From the human T2T-CHM13v2.0 reference genome, Homo sapiens, in NCBI RefSeq assembly GCF_009914755.1, contig NC_060928.1: DNA of 64,000 nt; one strand, written 5' to 3'. A model generated the notes under the pieces. The model saw only the letters and a list, made by a program, of their open reading frames with translations, had not been told where the DNA came from and ran no database searches. The position numbers and the translations under genes were made by a program. Positions within the stretch are counted from its first letter, which is position 1; each line of letters opens with the position of its first letter. Below are positions 1-16,030 of this stretch, piece by piece.

Positions 1-414
1 AAATATGGCCTGAGAAGGACTCTGTACTTCTATATTTGAGTCTTTGTGGATGGACTGTAACCTAGCCTAATAGACAAAATTGAAAACCTAACTTATTAGT
101 ATGCACCTGTAACAATAGCTGAGCGCTGGCCAATCCCAGTGGCCCTACTTCAACCACTCATAGACTACTGAATGTTCAAACTGTGTTCAAATAAGGCAAA
201 CACTGAATTGTAACCAGTCTCACTGCTGCTGTACCTCACTTTTGATTCCTGTACATAACATTACCTTTCTTGTCTATAAATTTATTCTGACCATGAGGCC
301 CTCCTGGAGGCTCTGTGAATCTGCTATGATTCTGGGGGCTGCCCGATTTTTAAATCATTCATTGCTCAATTAAACTCCTTTAAATTTAATTTGGCTGAAG
401 TTTTTCTTTTATCA
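1..414 (+). mobile_element. ERV1 solo LTR, MER57A-like (5' end cut by window edge)
   Basis: AAATATGGCCTGAGAAGGACTCTGTACTTC start and ...CTCAATTAAACTCC..AAATTTAATTTGGCTGAAGTTTTTCTTTTATCA end resemble the MER57 LTR consensus as recalled. Confidence 0.75.
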
Positions 415-539
415 ATATCATAAAATGCTATGCTGCTATTAGCCAAAGATATTTTCATATAATCCTGTAATTTTGCAGAATTCACAAAAAATAATAATAT
501 CATTGTAATATTGTGCATCAGGCTCTCTGATAAGAGTTT

Positions 540-720
540 TTAAAAAATTATATTATCCTTTTAAACCATACAACAACCTTGTAACATCAGTACTATATCG
601 ATAACATCATTTTACAAATGAGAAAACTTATGCAAGGAGGGGCTAAGTATTTTGCCCAGGTAGTAATTACAAGAGAAGTGATTTTATAACAGGTTATGGA
701 ACTTCAGAGCTTACAATTAA
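540..720 (-). mobile_element. MIR SINE fragment
   Basis: MIR core CATTTTACAAATGAGAAAACT...AAGT..TTGCCCAGG. Confidence 0.6.
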
Positions 721-1249
721 CCACTTCATCAAATTCAAAAATTTAAATAAAATAGATAATTCTTTTAAATTAAAAAAAACTTATAAAGAGGCCCTGGACA
801 TGTCTGAACCTTTAGAATTACACAGATCACAGCCAAAGAGTTTTTGTCTTTTCGATTACTAATAAAAGGGGGTTTAGTAATGCAATGCTAAATAAGGTCT
901 CTCTGCTATTCAATCTTATAGCACATAGTGTTTTCCCTAATCACACTTTTCACATTTTTAAATTCTATTTTTATTGTTTAAGTTCTAGTCTCCCCCGTTG
1001 CTCTGAAAGTACCATCGAGAGAGACCATGTGTGTTTTGCTCACTTTTGTATTCTTAGAATTTAGCAAAGTGCCTGGCCAGAATGAGCCATCTTATTTGTT
1101 AGGATACCTTCTGCTCCCAATGACACACTAGCCTACTAACAATTCTGAGATGATGTGGACATGTAATTATTTTATGTAATAGGAAAGTTGGAGTTATTTG
1201 GAAGGGGATTCAGTTGCTCAGAGATGCTAGGACACTGGCTGAGCATCTT

Positions 1250-1725
1250 GGTGTGTGCTATTTAGCCATTGCTGCGTTAAAAAGAACTCAAGATTTAGTG
1301 GCTTAATATCAGGTTGCTGCAAAAGTAATTGCGATTTTTGCAATTACTTTTAGTTGCAAAACCACAATTACTTTTGCACCAACCTGATACTATAAGCATG
1401 TGTTATATACAAGTTTGTGGATCAGCTGAGTAGTTCTTCTACTCTTCCCAGCTGGATTCAATCTTGAATTTGCAGTCAGCTGGTGGATTGGCTGGGGGTG
1501 AACTTGTCCAGGATGAACTCTGCTGAGGAGACTTGTTGCAAGCTCTTTTCTCTGTAACCTGTGGTATCTCATCCTCCCGCAAGCCAGCTTGGACTTTTTC
1601 ACATGGTGGTGGCCGAGATACAGAAGAGAAAAAAAGAAGCACATATGGTTCCTAATACCTACACTTAGAATGGGTCCATTATCACTTCTTTCATATTCTA
1701 TAAATCAAAGCAAGTCATAAGAAAT
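1250..1725 (-). mobile_element. Old MaLR LTR (MLT1K/L-like), interrupted by MADE1
   Basis: TTGCTGCGT..AA...TTAGTGGCTTAA, CAGTCAGCTGG, TCTCATCCTCC..CAAGCCAGCTTGGAC..TTCACATGG and AAAGCAAGTCA motifs of MLT1. Confidence 0.6.
1309..1387. mobile_element. MADE1 (Hsmar1-derived mariner MITE; miR-548-type hairpin)
   Basis: 79 bp near-palindrome TCAGGTTGCTGCAAAAGTAATTGCG...CACAATTACTTTTGCACCAACCTGA flanked by TA on both sides. Confidence 0.92.
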
Positions 1726-1764
1726 AAGGCTTATATACACTCATTATATTCAGAGATATTCTAG

Positions 1765-1932
1765 TGTGAAAGAAAAATAAATCTTGGAGCCCCACAATCA
1801 CTAAACTAAAGGGAAAAGTCAAGTGAGGAACTGCTTAGGTGAAACCTGCCTCCCATTCTATTCAAAGTCATTCCTCTGTTCACTGAAATAAATGTATATC
1901 TGATTGCCTCCTTTGGAAAAGCTAATCAGAAA
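1765..1932 (+). mobile_element. ERV1 LTR 5' fragment, MER4A-like
   Basis: TGTGAAAGAAAAATAAATCTTGGAGCCCCACAATCACTAA..AAAGGGAAAAGTCAAG matches the MER4A start; truncated. Confidence 0.7.
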
Positions 1933-1944
1933 TGAGAAGATCAG

Positions 1945-2275
1945 GAATTCCCCCTGGACATGTAAAGTTGACATGTGGATATGTCAAATAAGCAATTGGA
2001 TATGAGTTTGAAATACAAAATAGCAGTGTGAGCCTGAGATGTGTATTCTGGAGTCATTAGCTTATAGATGGCATTAAAAGTCATTATCAAAGGAGTAATG
2101 TAGATAGAGAAGAAAAGAGGACCAAGGGTGGAGCCTTAGCATGATGCAACATCACACATTAGGTACAAGAGGAGTCAACAGAGGAGACTGAGGGCAGGCA
2201 GCCCGTAAGGTAGAAGGTAAACAAAGGGCGTGGGGAGTCACAGAAGCCAAGGGAACTAAGTATGAAAAGGAGGGG
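1945..2275 (-). mobile_element. L2 LINE fragment
   Basis: GGACATGT.AAGTT, GCAATTGGATAT, GGAGTCATTAGC.TATAGATGG, GTAGATAGAGAAGAAAAGAGG.CCAAG motifs. Confidence 0.6.
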
Positions 2276-2729
2276 CCAGTTTGAGTCCTTGATTTGGTCA
2301 CTGCCAGTCAATCCCATCTACCATGTGGCTCGATGGAGTTAACAACTTAAGTAATTAAATCACAACTCTGGCTCTTACTGCTCTTGGGGTCAGCTAAAGC
2401 ATTCAGGTTTTGCTTTTTATTTTTTTTTATTTATACTACTGTATAGTGTACTTTCCTTCATTCAATTCCACATTTTTATTAAAGATAGAACTTATACAAA
2501 TTTTATATATAATTTCTTCAAGTTTCTTTTTTTACAATTTCAACTTTCCAAAATCAGTGTCTTATAATTGATGTCTATGATGTTATAATGCTTTCGATTT
2601 TCCAGCAAACACTATTTTCAAATCGATGGTGAACCTTAAACTAAGGTTAAAGTATAGGTTAAGGTTAAGGTTAGGCTAAATAATTAATGGCATATTTGAA
2701 GCAAAAAATCTTGAGGATTATCTCTGGGA

Positions 2730-2975
2730 CAATAATAGTAGCTAATATTTATCAATCCTTAGGAACCATACTTAGTGTTTATTAGATGTGTTAGCTCACC
2801 TAATTCTAAATAAAACTTTATGAAGTAGATCATGTGATTACTCCAATTTTACATATGAGAAATGGAAGCTTAGAAAAGTTAAGTCATATACCCAAGATTA
2901 TACAATTAATAAGTACGAAAGCCTAAAATTGAGCCAGGTCTTCCTAACGAGTCTATGTTCTTAGCCTTCATGCTA
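2730..2975 (-). mobile_element. MIR SINE
   Basis: AATAATAGTAGCTAATATTTAT...ATTTTACATATGAGAAATGGAAGCTTAGAAAAGTTAAGT...CCCAAG. Confidence 0.65.
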
Positions 2976-4339
2976 TCTAAGCCATTTAAGTGACTAAAAT
3001 CCTTACAGAGACATTTGTAATTATAAAGAATTAGAAAAACTTAATGTGTACTCTCTGCTATCAAATTTCCAGTTGATTGTGAACATGTCTTAAGATTATA
3101 TTACCAATTTCCCTTAAAACTACCTGGAACTGAACGAAAGCATCTTATTCCCCTTTACCCTTCAACATGCTTTCACCTACCTTCTTCAGTTGAATACTAA
3201 TTATAAAATGTAGGATTTAATTTATGTATTTCTAATAATTTGATTTTGTATATACCTACATACATATGTACATATATACATGTATGTAGAGAGAGAACTT
3301 TCATATTCTAATTTTTCCCAATAGTTTTTTGAGGCTAATTCCCATGTCAGTACAGCCTACATTTATTGTGTACATGTATGTTTCAATAATTTCTACTTAA
3401 CTGCAATAATTAATATAAATCTGAGGCATAATTAAGTCAAATCCTTTAGGTGTAATGCATTTCCTATTTAGTGCAGTGAATTTTGTTATAATCATAAAGA
3501 GTTATTTTGTCTTTTTATTACTACTGCACTCTATGCTGCAATTGGTTTGGTCCCTTAGTTGAAGGCAATAGTTTGTGGCTGTGGGGTACACACCAGACAG
3601 AATAATAATATTTTCTCAGAATACTTGGCTAATACAGTTTTAGGAAATCAATCCAAAAGCAATTACAGTATAACTCAAATTCTAATTTAAAAGCAGAAAA
3701 TGTCCTATGTTTACATTTTTATTACCTTGAATTTGCCTTGTAATTATAGTTACCAGTTGTAATACTTACAGTAATTTAAAAGTAATGTGGCTTTTATGCC
3801 CTCTAGCTCAAATCCTCTACATCATCTAATGGAAATATTGCAAGCTGAGGCATACAGAGAGAAATGAGGATATTTATAGTGAAGTTTTTCTCTTCATCTA
3901 GATTTTTAATTATGGCATTATAAATGGCATTTTGGGAATAACCTCAATCAGTTGCTAAGGATAAGGATTGCAAAACTTACTGGTTATTTAACTACATCAA
4001 GTCCTTTCATCTGGAAATACAGATGAAAACTATAGGAGTAGATTATTCAACAGTAAATCCTTCCAGATTTATTTAGAAATAGTCCAGTAACAGCCACCAA
4101 AACTTGTTTCACTTTTTTCCTTCAATATTTGATTAAATTCTTTTCAAATATTAGAATATTTTTACATAAAATATTGTTAAATTGACATCTTTATATCCTA
4201 AGGAAGCTACGTATAAGTGAGCTATGTTGAGATTTTACTGAGTAGATCAAAGTCAATTTAAAATTTACAAAGAGTAATCTTAGGACCCATCTCTGGCAGA
4301 TTTTATTTATCAAAGTAGCCTATTTATTTCAACCTGCAT

Positions 4340-4790
4340 CAAGTTAAGATTAAATTCAGGTTGAAAGGACAGAAAGCTCAAATTAGCAGTGGCTTAAATA
4401 AGATAAATGTTCATTTCTGGATATGAGCAGTACTGGCCCATAAGGACCTAAGGCACTTTATATCTTCCTATTCCTATTTTCAATGCATGGCTTCTCTTTT
4501 ATGGTCCAAAACAGCTGTTCAAGCACAGCAATCACATCTCATTTCAGTGGACAGAATAGAAGAAGAGACAAAGAAAGGCATGCCTCTTTCATTCAAGGGC
4601 ACTTCTCAGAAGTTGCATATAACTTCTGCTTACCTTCTACTACCAAAAAATTAAGTCACATGTTGATATTTAACTACAGATGAGGGTGAAAAATGTGTTA
4701 CTTGTCCCAGGCAACCATGGAGTCAGCTAAAAATCAGGTACACTATAACCATGTAAGAATAGAACAACTATTAGTGACAACCCGCAATAT
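4340..4790 (-). mobile_element. Old MaLR LTR (MLT1J-like)
   Basis: CAGTGGCTTAAATAAGATA, CAATCACATCTCATTTCAG, AACTTCTGCTTAC, AGTCACATG motifs. Confidence 0.6.
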
Positions 4791-7700
4791 CAGCCATATT
4801 ACTTTTTGTTTAAATCTGTTGCTTATCTATGGTAAACTATCCCTCCTCCATCTCAACGGTAATTCATTTATTTAGAAGTAAATGTTAATCCCTTGACATT
4901 TATCCTTTCTAAAGTAGGTCCAGTTGATGAAATGGTGATAATTTTTTTCCTTACAGTAACTATATTGAGTTTATCTATAAACAGTGCTGTCACATAACTG
5001 CAATGTTGAAGATTGTGAAAGTGTGTCCCTGAGTAACGATTGTTTGTCTAGGTAAATGAGTGGGCACATGCTTCCACCATGTTCTGTTGATGTTTTGCTT
5101 ATGATTAGTTATATGTCTGCTTAAATAACCAGTGATCTTACATTTTATTATACATTCTATCAAATTGCATAATAGGGAATTGAAATTCAGAAATAAAATA
5201 ATTTTCAAAGCTTCCTAATAGAAGTGTTCATATGTTTACCTAACACTTGGGAAATTCACTCTTTCTCTTATTGAAGTCAAATAAAATATAAAGATGGACC
5301 TCTAGATTTAAAATGTTTATCTTATCCTTCAGAATTTATATGAGCATGTAGTTGAAATGCTTACTAAATTTAGAGATGTATATAATAATGGCTGACAGTT
5401 TTATTGTTCCCTCTATGGTAGGTACTATATTTCAGTTGATCCCTACAAACATTCTGTAAGAGAAATGTTACTATTTTTTATTAAATATATGAAAACTGAA
5501 ACTCAGCTAGGTTGACTGGGTTACCCAAGGTTATACAATCAGTAAGTGGTAGACCTCTACTTAATTAGACCCCATGGACCACGGATTTAACCAAGAGTCC
5601 AGAGTGCTTTTTATGGAAGGTAGTAGTTCTCCCTGAAAGTAGAGACTGTGAAAGAAAGCAGAAGCAAGTTTCAAAACGTGTTCCATAATCTGTAGAGCAC
5701 TGTGTTAAAAAACTTGGGTTTAGCCCTGTCTCCACCAGTAACAAAGTATGATCTTAGATCACTTAGAGTTCCAGGTCTAATAAAGTAAGATGACAGCATT
5801 ACATAATTTCAATTAGATACTCTCTAATATTCCCTGGATCAATAATTATTTGCAAATTATATTTTTTAAGTTATGTGTAATAAATGCTTAGGTGACTTAC
5901 ATTGATTTTAAAATCTATTTTTTACATAATCACAAATTTAATGAGTCAATTGTATAATCTGCTTGTTCAAAATTAGCAAACCTTTAGAATTCATCAGTAT
6001 TTGGGGTGTGTCCAGAACACAGGAAGTGATAGCCCCACTGAGTTGTTAATGGCTCAGACAGCATTTGCAGTGTTCATTCAATTCTGGACCTAGACAAACA
6101 GGTGACATACAAATATGTTAAATTGGAATTTCAGGATTTAGATCAGGACATGGGATTCAGGTGGGACTGGTCAAGAACTGGAAAGGTGTCAGGTAAAGTG
6201 GAAACTGCAGATCAAAGAACAAATCCGTAAAAGGTTGTATCCAAGAAGACAAAGGCTTTACAAACCCAGAGTCAGCCTTCTCTGTCTCCCCACCAGAATT
6301 ACACCTGGGGCAGGAAAGTGGGCACAAATACAAGACTCAATGATTCAAAATGAAAAGGAAGGAGGAAGTTAGGGAGAGAGGTAAGGAGAAGAGGAGAAAG
6401 AGAAATAAATGGGAAGCTAAACTGAACAATAAAGAGTAAATTGCCTGGGGAATAAATTAACTGTACGAAAAAGAAAAAAAGGTAATGGGTTTGGCAGATA
6501 GCTTGGAAACTATAGTACACTTTGGCTGTGGAAAGAATACTTGCAAGTGGAACACCTTGCCTGCAGAGTAATGCTGAGTGAAGGCAGATCTTCTGAAGGA
6601 GAAAAACATTTGTAAGTGTCAATACAGATTATTCTAAATCTGTCCATGACATATAGGTTATAGACATGTTTTGCTAATAGCTGGGAAAAAATAATTTTCT
6701 ACGTGCAAGAGATAGAAAAAGATACAAGGCTGCACACTCTCATTTAAATATATTTCCAGGACTCCACTGGAATAAGAGATTTAAGATTTCCTGAATTTCT
6801 CTCCCTGCCTTTTGAGAAAACAATAGTGATACAAGTCATGCAAACTTCAGTGGTCAGACCGGTGGAACCACTTGGCATTTGTTAGCACTTGCAAAATAGT
6901 GGGTAGTGTCACAGCATAGTTACCCCAAAGTTGAGCCTAAATGATATGATGTTCTCTGGAAAGAATTCAGCAGGAACTCCAAAACAGTATTGTCCCTCCC
7001 TGTGTCAAAAACAAACCTTGCAAGGTCCTCTACCCCTCCACTGACTGTGTCTTCTCCAGCTCTCCAATCATATCACTCTTCTCTCTCCCACCTCTCTTTT
7101 CCTGCAAGCAAATCTGCTTAAATTCCCACACACTCAATCTTTTTTAAGACTTCTGTCTAGAAAGCTTTCTCTTGTCTTTTTCAACCCATTATCATTCCCC
7201 TGTTAAAGGTTCATTCAAGATGTATTTTCTCTAAAAGAGTTGTCTCACTGATTCCATAGGACCATGATCACTTGTGAAGTGTGCACTGCCGCAGTACACT
7301 GAATAAAGTTATATTGTCATTTTTATATATGCTGTAGTGTATTGTCCTTATCTCTATGTTATTTTCTCAGGCATTATTTCTAAAAGAGGAGTAACTATGA
7401 TCTCTTCTTGATCACTTCTTTTCCTTTACTTATCTGAACACACACATACACACACATCTACTTTACTTAGGTTAGTAATTTTATTCAGGGAGGATAAATA
7501 AATAGGTACACTAGATTATCACTATTTCTCAAATTATCTTCTGTAACTTAGATTACATTCACCTCCATATAGAATTACTCTACCATCAGAAGACATGGAA
7601 GGATATTTTTCTGATGACACAGCTCCTCAGGAAAAAAAAATGTTTCATATTAGAAAAATAAGGGCTACTGCTTTGCTTTATTCATAGGAAATTGGATTTC

Positions 7701-7919
7701 TTGTATAAAAGAGTAAGATCATACACCTCACATAGACAGCAAAAGAAGTATTTCTGTCTTCTCTCTGAAATTCCTGATGAGAACTCTCTCCAGTTGATCA
7801 TGTCATCACAATCTATTAATGGATGAGAGATGCTAACCATTATAGGCACACAGTGTGATTAATATCACATAAAGTGGGTAAAGCAGGTAAGTTTCCTCTA
7901 AACTTACAGTCGAAAATGA

Positions 7920-8155
7920 AAAAAATAAAGATTCATCTAAGGAGCATGTCTAAGTCCTAGGCACTTTGAAATGGTTAGATTCTTCAATAGCTGTCAAAAT
8001 CATTTTACCACCTTTCTTTTTGAAGTGATAAAACAGGGTCTAAACAAGCTAAGAAAAGGTCCCACATTCATACAGATGATAAGTATAGGGGTTCAGATTC
8101 AAACCTGATCTTTGAACTCCAAGCCCAATCTCTCCACAACACTCACAACTGCCTC
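7920..8155 (-). mobile_element. MIR SINE fragment
   Basis: Degenerate MIR with GATTCAAACC...TTTGAACTCCAAGCCCA end. Confidence 0.45.
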
Positions 8156-8623
8156 AAAATAAAACAAATACATATATATTTAATTGGACTGCTTAGACAA
8201 AATATATGCTTTCGATTTTGTTGATTTAACAAAGATATGGTAAAATGATTAGATAAGAGTCCTATATAGGTAGGCTGACATTAAAAAAAAAAAGCCCAGA
8301 AACATAAAGGAAGCCAATATAAAATACTCAAAAGAATGTGGGTGAGAAAGACCCAAACATGAAAAAGAAATTTATTTATTTATTTTCTTTTATGAGTTTT
8401 TTTTTTAAGATTTTTGTTTTTATACTTTAAGTTTCAGGGTACATGTGCACAACGTGCACGTTTGTTACATATGTATACATGTGCCATGTTGATGTGCAGC
8501 ACCCATTAACTCGTCATTTAGCATTAGGTATATCTCCTAATGCTATCCCTCCCCACTCCCCCCACCCCACAACAGTCCCCGGTGTATGATGTTCCCCTTC
8601 CTGTGTCCATGTGTTCTTCTTGT

Positions 8624-12449
<3,826 letters not shown>

Positions 12450-12512
12450 TATGATGTTAGCTGGTTATTTTGCTTGTTAGTTGATGCAGTTTCTTCCTAG
12501 CCTTGATGTTCT

Positions 12513-13529
12513 TTACAATTTGGCGTGTTTTTGCAGTGGCTGGTACCGGTTGTTCCTTTCCATGTTTAGTGTTTCCTTCAGGAGCTCTTTTAGGGCAGGT
12601 CTGGTGGTGACAAAATCTCTCAGCATTTGCTTGTCTGTAAAGTATTTTATTTCTCCTTCACTTGTGAAGCTTAGTTTGGCTGGATATGAAATTCTGGGTT
12701 GAAAATTATTTTCTTTAAGAATATTGAATATTGGCCCCCACTCTCTTCTGGCTTGTAGAGTTTCTGCCAAGAGATCAGCTGTTAGTCTGATGGACTTCCC
12801 TTTGTGGGTAACCCGACCTTTCTCTCTGGCTGCCCTTAACATTTTTTCCTTCATTTCAACTTTGGTGAATCTGACAATTATGTGTCTTGGAGTTGCTCTT
12901 CTCAAGGAGTTTCTTTGTGGCATTCTCTGTATTTCCTGTATTTGAATGTTGACCCGCCTTGCTAGATTGGGGAAGTTCTCCTGGTTAATATCCTGCAGAG
13001 CGTTTTCCAACTTGGTTCCATTCTCCCCGTCACTTTCAGGTACACCAATTTGATGTAGATTTGGTCTTTTCATATAGTCCCATATTTCTTGGAGGCTTTG
13101 TTCATTTCTTTTTATTCTTTTTTCTCTAAACTTCTCTTCTCACTTCATTTCATTCATTTCATCTTCCGTGACTGATACCCTTTCTTCCAGTTGATCGCAT
13201 CAGTTACTGAGGCTTGTGCATTCGTCACGTAGTTCTCGTGCCGTGGTTTTCAGCTCCATCAGGTCCTTTAAGGACTTCTCTGCATTGATCATTCTAGTTA
13301 TCCATTCAGCTAGTTTTTTTTCTAAGTTTTTAACTTCTTTGCCATTGGTTTGAACTTCCTCCTTTAGCTCAGAATAGTTTAATCTTCTGAAGCCTTCCTC
13401 TCTCAACTTGTCAAAGTCATTCTCCAGCCAGCTTTGTTCCATTGCTGGTGAGGAGCTGTGTTCCTTTGGAGGAGGAGAGGTGCTCTTATTTTTAGAGTTT
13501 CTGGTTTTTCTGCTCTGTTTTTTCCCCGT
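12513..13529 (-). pseudogene. L1 ORF1 (RNA-binding p40), disrupted
   Basis: Start codon mutated ATG>ACG (13527-13529); in-frame stop at 13200; fragments 13200-13442 and 12513-13073 end ..RYQPLQKHAKL*. Confidence 0.93.
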
Positions 13530-14588
13530 CTTTGTGGTTTTATCTACCTTTGGTCTTTTATGATGGTGACGTACAGATGGGTTTTTGGTGTGGATGTCCT
13601 TTCTGTTTGTTAGTTTTCCTTCTAACAGTCAGGACCCTCAGCTGCAGGTCTATTGGAGTTTACTGGAGGTCCACTCCAGACCCTGTTTACCTGGGTGTCA
13701 GCAGCGGTGGCTGCAGAACAGCGGATATTGGTGAACCGCAAATGCTGCTGCCTGATTGTTCCTCTGGAAGTTTTGTCTCAGAGGAGTACCCAGCCATGTG
13801 AGGTGTCAGTCTGCCCCTACTGGGGGGTGCCTCCCAGTTAGGCTACTCAGGGGTCAGGGACCCACTTGAGGAGGCAGTCTGCCCGTTCTCAGATCTCAAG
13901 CTGCGTGCTGGGAGAACCACTACTCTCTCCAAAGCTGTCAGACAGGGACATTTAAGTCTGCAGAGGTTATGCTGTCTTTTGTTTGTCTGTGCCCTGCCCC
14001 CAGAGGTGGAGCCTACAGAGGCAGGCAGGTCTCCTTAAGCTGTGGTGGGCTCCACCCAGTTTGAGCTTCCCGCTGCTTTGTTTACCTACTCAAGCCTGAG
14101 CAATGGTGCGCACCCATCCCCCAGCCTCGCTGCCACTTGCAGTTTGATCTCAGACTGCTGTGCTAGCAATAAGTGAGGCTCTGTGGGTGTAGGACCCTCC
14201 AAGCAAGGTGTGGGATATAATCTTCTGGTGTGCCATTTGTGAAGCCCATTGGAAAAGTGCAGTATTAGAGTGGGAGTGACCCGATTTTCCAGGTGCTTTC
14301 TGTCACCCCTTTCTTTGACTAGGAAAGGGAATTCCCTGACACCTTGCACTTCCTGGGTGAGGCGATGCCTCGCCCTGCTTCAGCTCACACACGGTGCACT
14401 GCACCAAGTCCTGCACCCACTGTCCAGCACTCCCCTGTGAGATGAACCTGGTACCTCAGTTGGAAATGCAGAAATCACCTGTCTTCTGTGTCACTCATGC
14501 TGGGAGCTGTAGACTGGAGCTGTTCCTATTTGGCCATCTTGGCTCCATCCCTGAAAACGAAATTTAAATGGTGTTTCACATCAGTCTA

Positions 14589-14970
14589 TTATATGGTTTG
14601 ACTGTGTCCACACCCAAATATCAACTTGAATTGTAATTCTCATAATCCCCATGTGTCATGGGAGGGACCCAGTGGGAGGTAATTGAATCATACCCCCATG
14701 GCAGTGGTTACCCCCATGCCATTTTTATGATAGTGAGTGAGTTCTCATGAGATCTTATGGTTTTATAAGGGACGTTTCCCCCTTCACTCGGCACTTATCC
14801 TTCCTGCTGCCATGTGAAGAAGGACATGTTTGCTTCCCCTTCTGCCATGATTGTAAGTTTCCTGAGGCCTCCACAGCCCTGTGGAACTGTGAGTCAGTTA
14901 AATCTCTTTCCTTTAAAAATTACCCAGTCTTTGGCAGTTCTTAATAGCAGCTTGAGAACAGACTAATGCA
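14589..14970 (+). mobile_element. MaLR solo LTR, THE1C-like
   Basis: T.ATATGGTTTG.CTGTGTCC.CACCCAAAT start, GAACAGACTAATGCA end; 5 bp TSD GTCTA/GTCAA. Confidence 0.88.
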
Positions 14971-15419
14971 GTCAAAAAGTGATGCTATTTGACTCTTCTC
15001 AACAAATAAGAAGGTAAAAAGAATTAAAAACAATAATGCTTCCTTCTAACCATACTCCACCCATTTCAGTTATATCACCCTTGATCCACACTGCTTCAGT
15101 TTGAGGCCCTTGAAGATTGATGGCTGATGAAGCACCTCTTGGCAAATTTACATTCTTTGTGTTCCCTGAAGAGATGGCAGAGAGGATCCCTAGCATGATC
15201 CCAGATTTCTCACTTTCTCTGGAGCCTTCACAAGTTATGCCTTGTGTTTCTCTTATTTTTACTGCACATAAGCCCTTCCTTGCAGGATGAGGCTCATATA
15301 AGCCCACCTCCAAAAAACACTTCTTAGGAATCTTAAGAAAAAATTAGTATAAGGTGGCTTTGAAGTATTTTCATTCATCTTCTTCACTTTTCCCAGATTC
15401 CAAAGGTACATATTATTCC

Positions 15420-16030
15420 ACATTAGATATTGCCATCATCTCTAATTGCTCCACTCCCCAAATCCCTCACTCAAACAGCCCAATCCCAATTCACATCTTC
15501 CTCTTCTACTTGCTTGTCCAACCATGTCTACTATGAGCATGAACGTAAATTGAGTCCTCCAGCTTTTTGATCTCACAACCAAATCTTCCATTTCTTGAAT
15601 CCTACCTCCCTTACCAGGCTTAGCTTTCTGCAATCCCAGCCACAGCCATCCCCTAAACATTTTCTGTGTGTATTCTAATACATTCAATCTTGGCTTAATA
15701 TATTCTTTCTTCCTAAAATTACATCCTCTCCATCATTTGTATCTGTTGAAATCTACTCTACTTTTTCAACTCTATAACTTGATTTTACGCAATGCTTTTT
15801 ATTAAAAAAAAGTCTTTTCTTCTTATTAATCTTTCCCTTCCTCAAACTCTAACATCACTTAATTTGAATTTCTTGCTCACCATATTCTATCTTAAATATA
15901 ATTGCTGTTTTGACGAAATGGTTTGTGAGCTCTTGCAGAACATGGGAAGAATCTTTCTTCTATGTCTTCAACATAGCTAGCTCAGGGTTTCAAAAGTAGC
16001 AGTTGCTCTATAAGTTGCAATTAAATTATT
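15420..16030 (+). mobile_element. L2 LINE fragments
   Basis: Degenerate pyrimidine-rich L2 sequence with 3' end TGTGAGCTCTTG.AG..CA.GG...TAGCTCAGGG...AGTAG. Confidence 0.45.

Noticed and set aside
2645-2680. GGTTAA/GGTTAG repeats resembling an interstitial telomere
   Set aside because: Only 3-4 degenerate units and no TTAGGG.
14103-14320. L1 antisense ORF0
   Set aside because: The ATG is present at 14103, but a 1 bp deletion relative to the recalled consensus gives a TGA at codon 15.
14860-14885. PRDM9 CCTCCCTNNCCAC motif in THE1/MST LTRs
   Set aside because: The corresponding positions (CCTCCACAGCCCT here, CCTCCCCAGCTAT at ~32064, TTTCCCCAGCCAT at ~50663) do not match.
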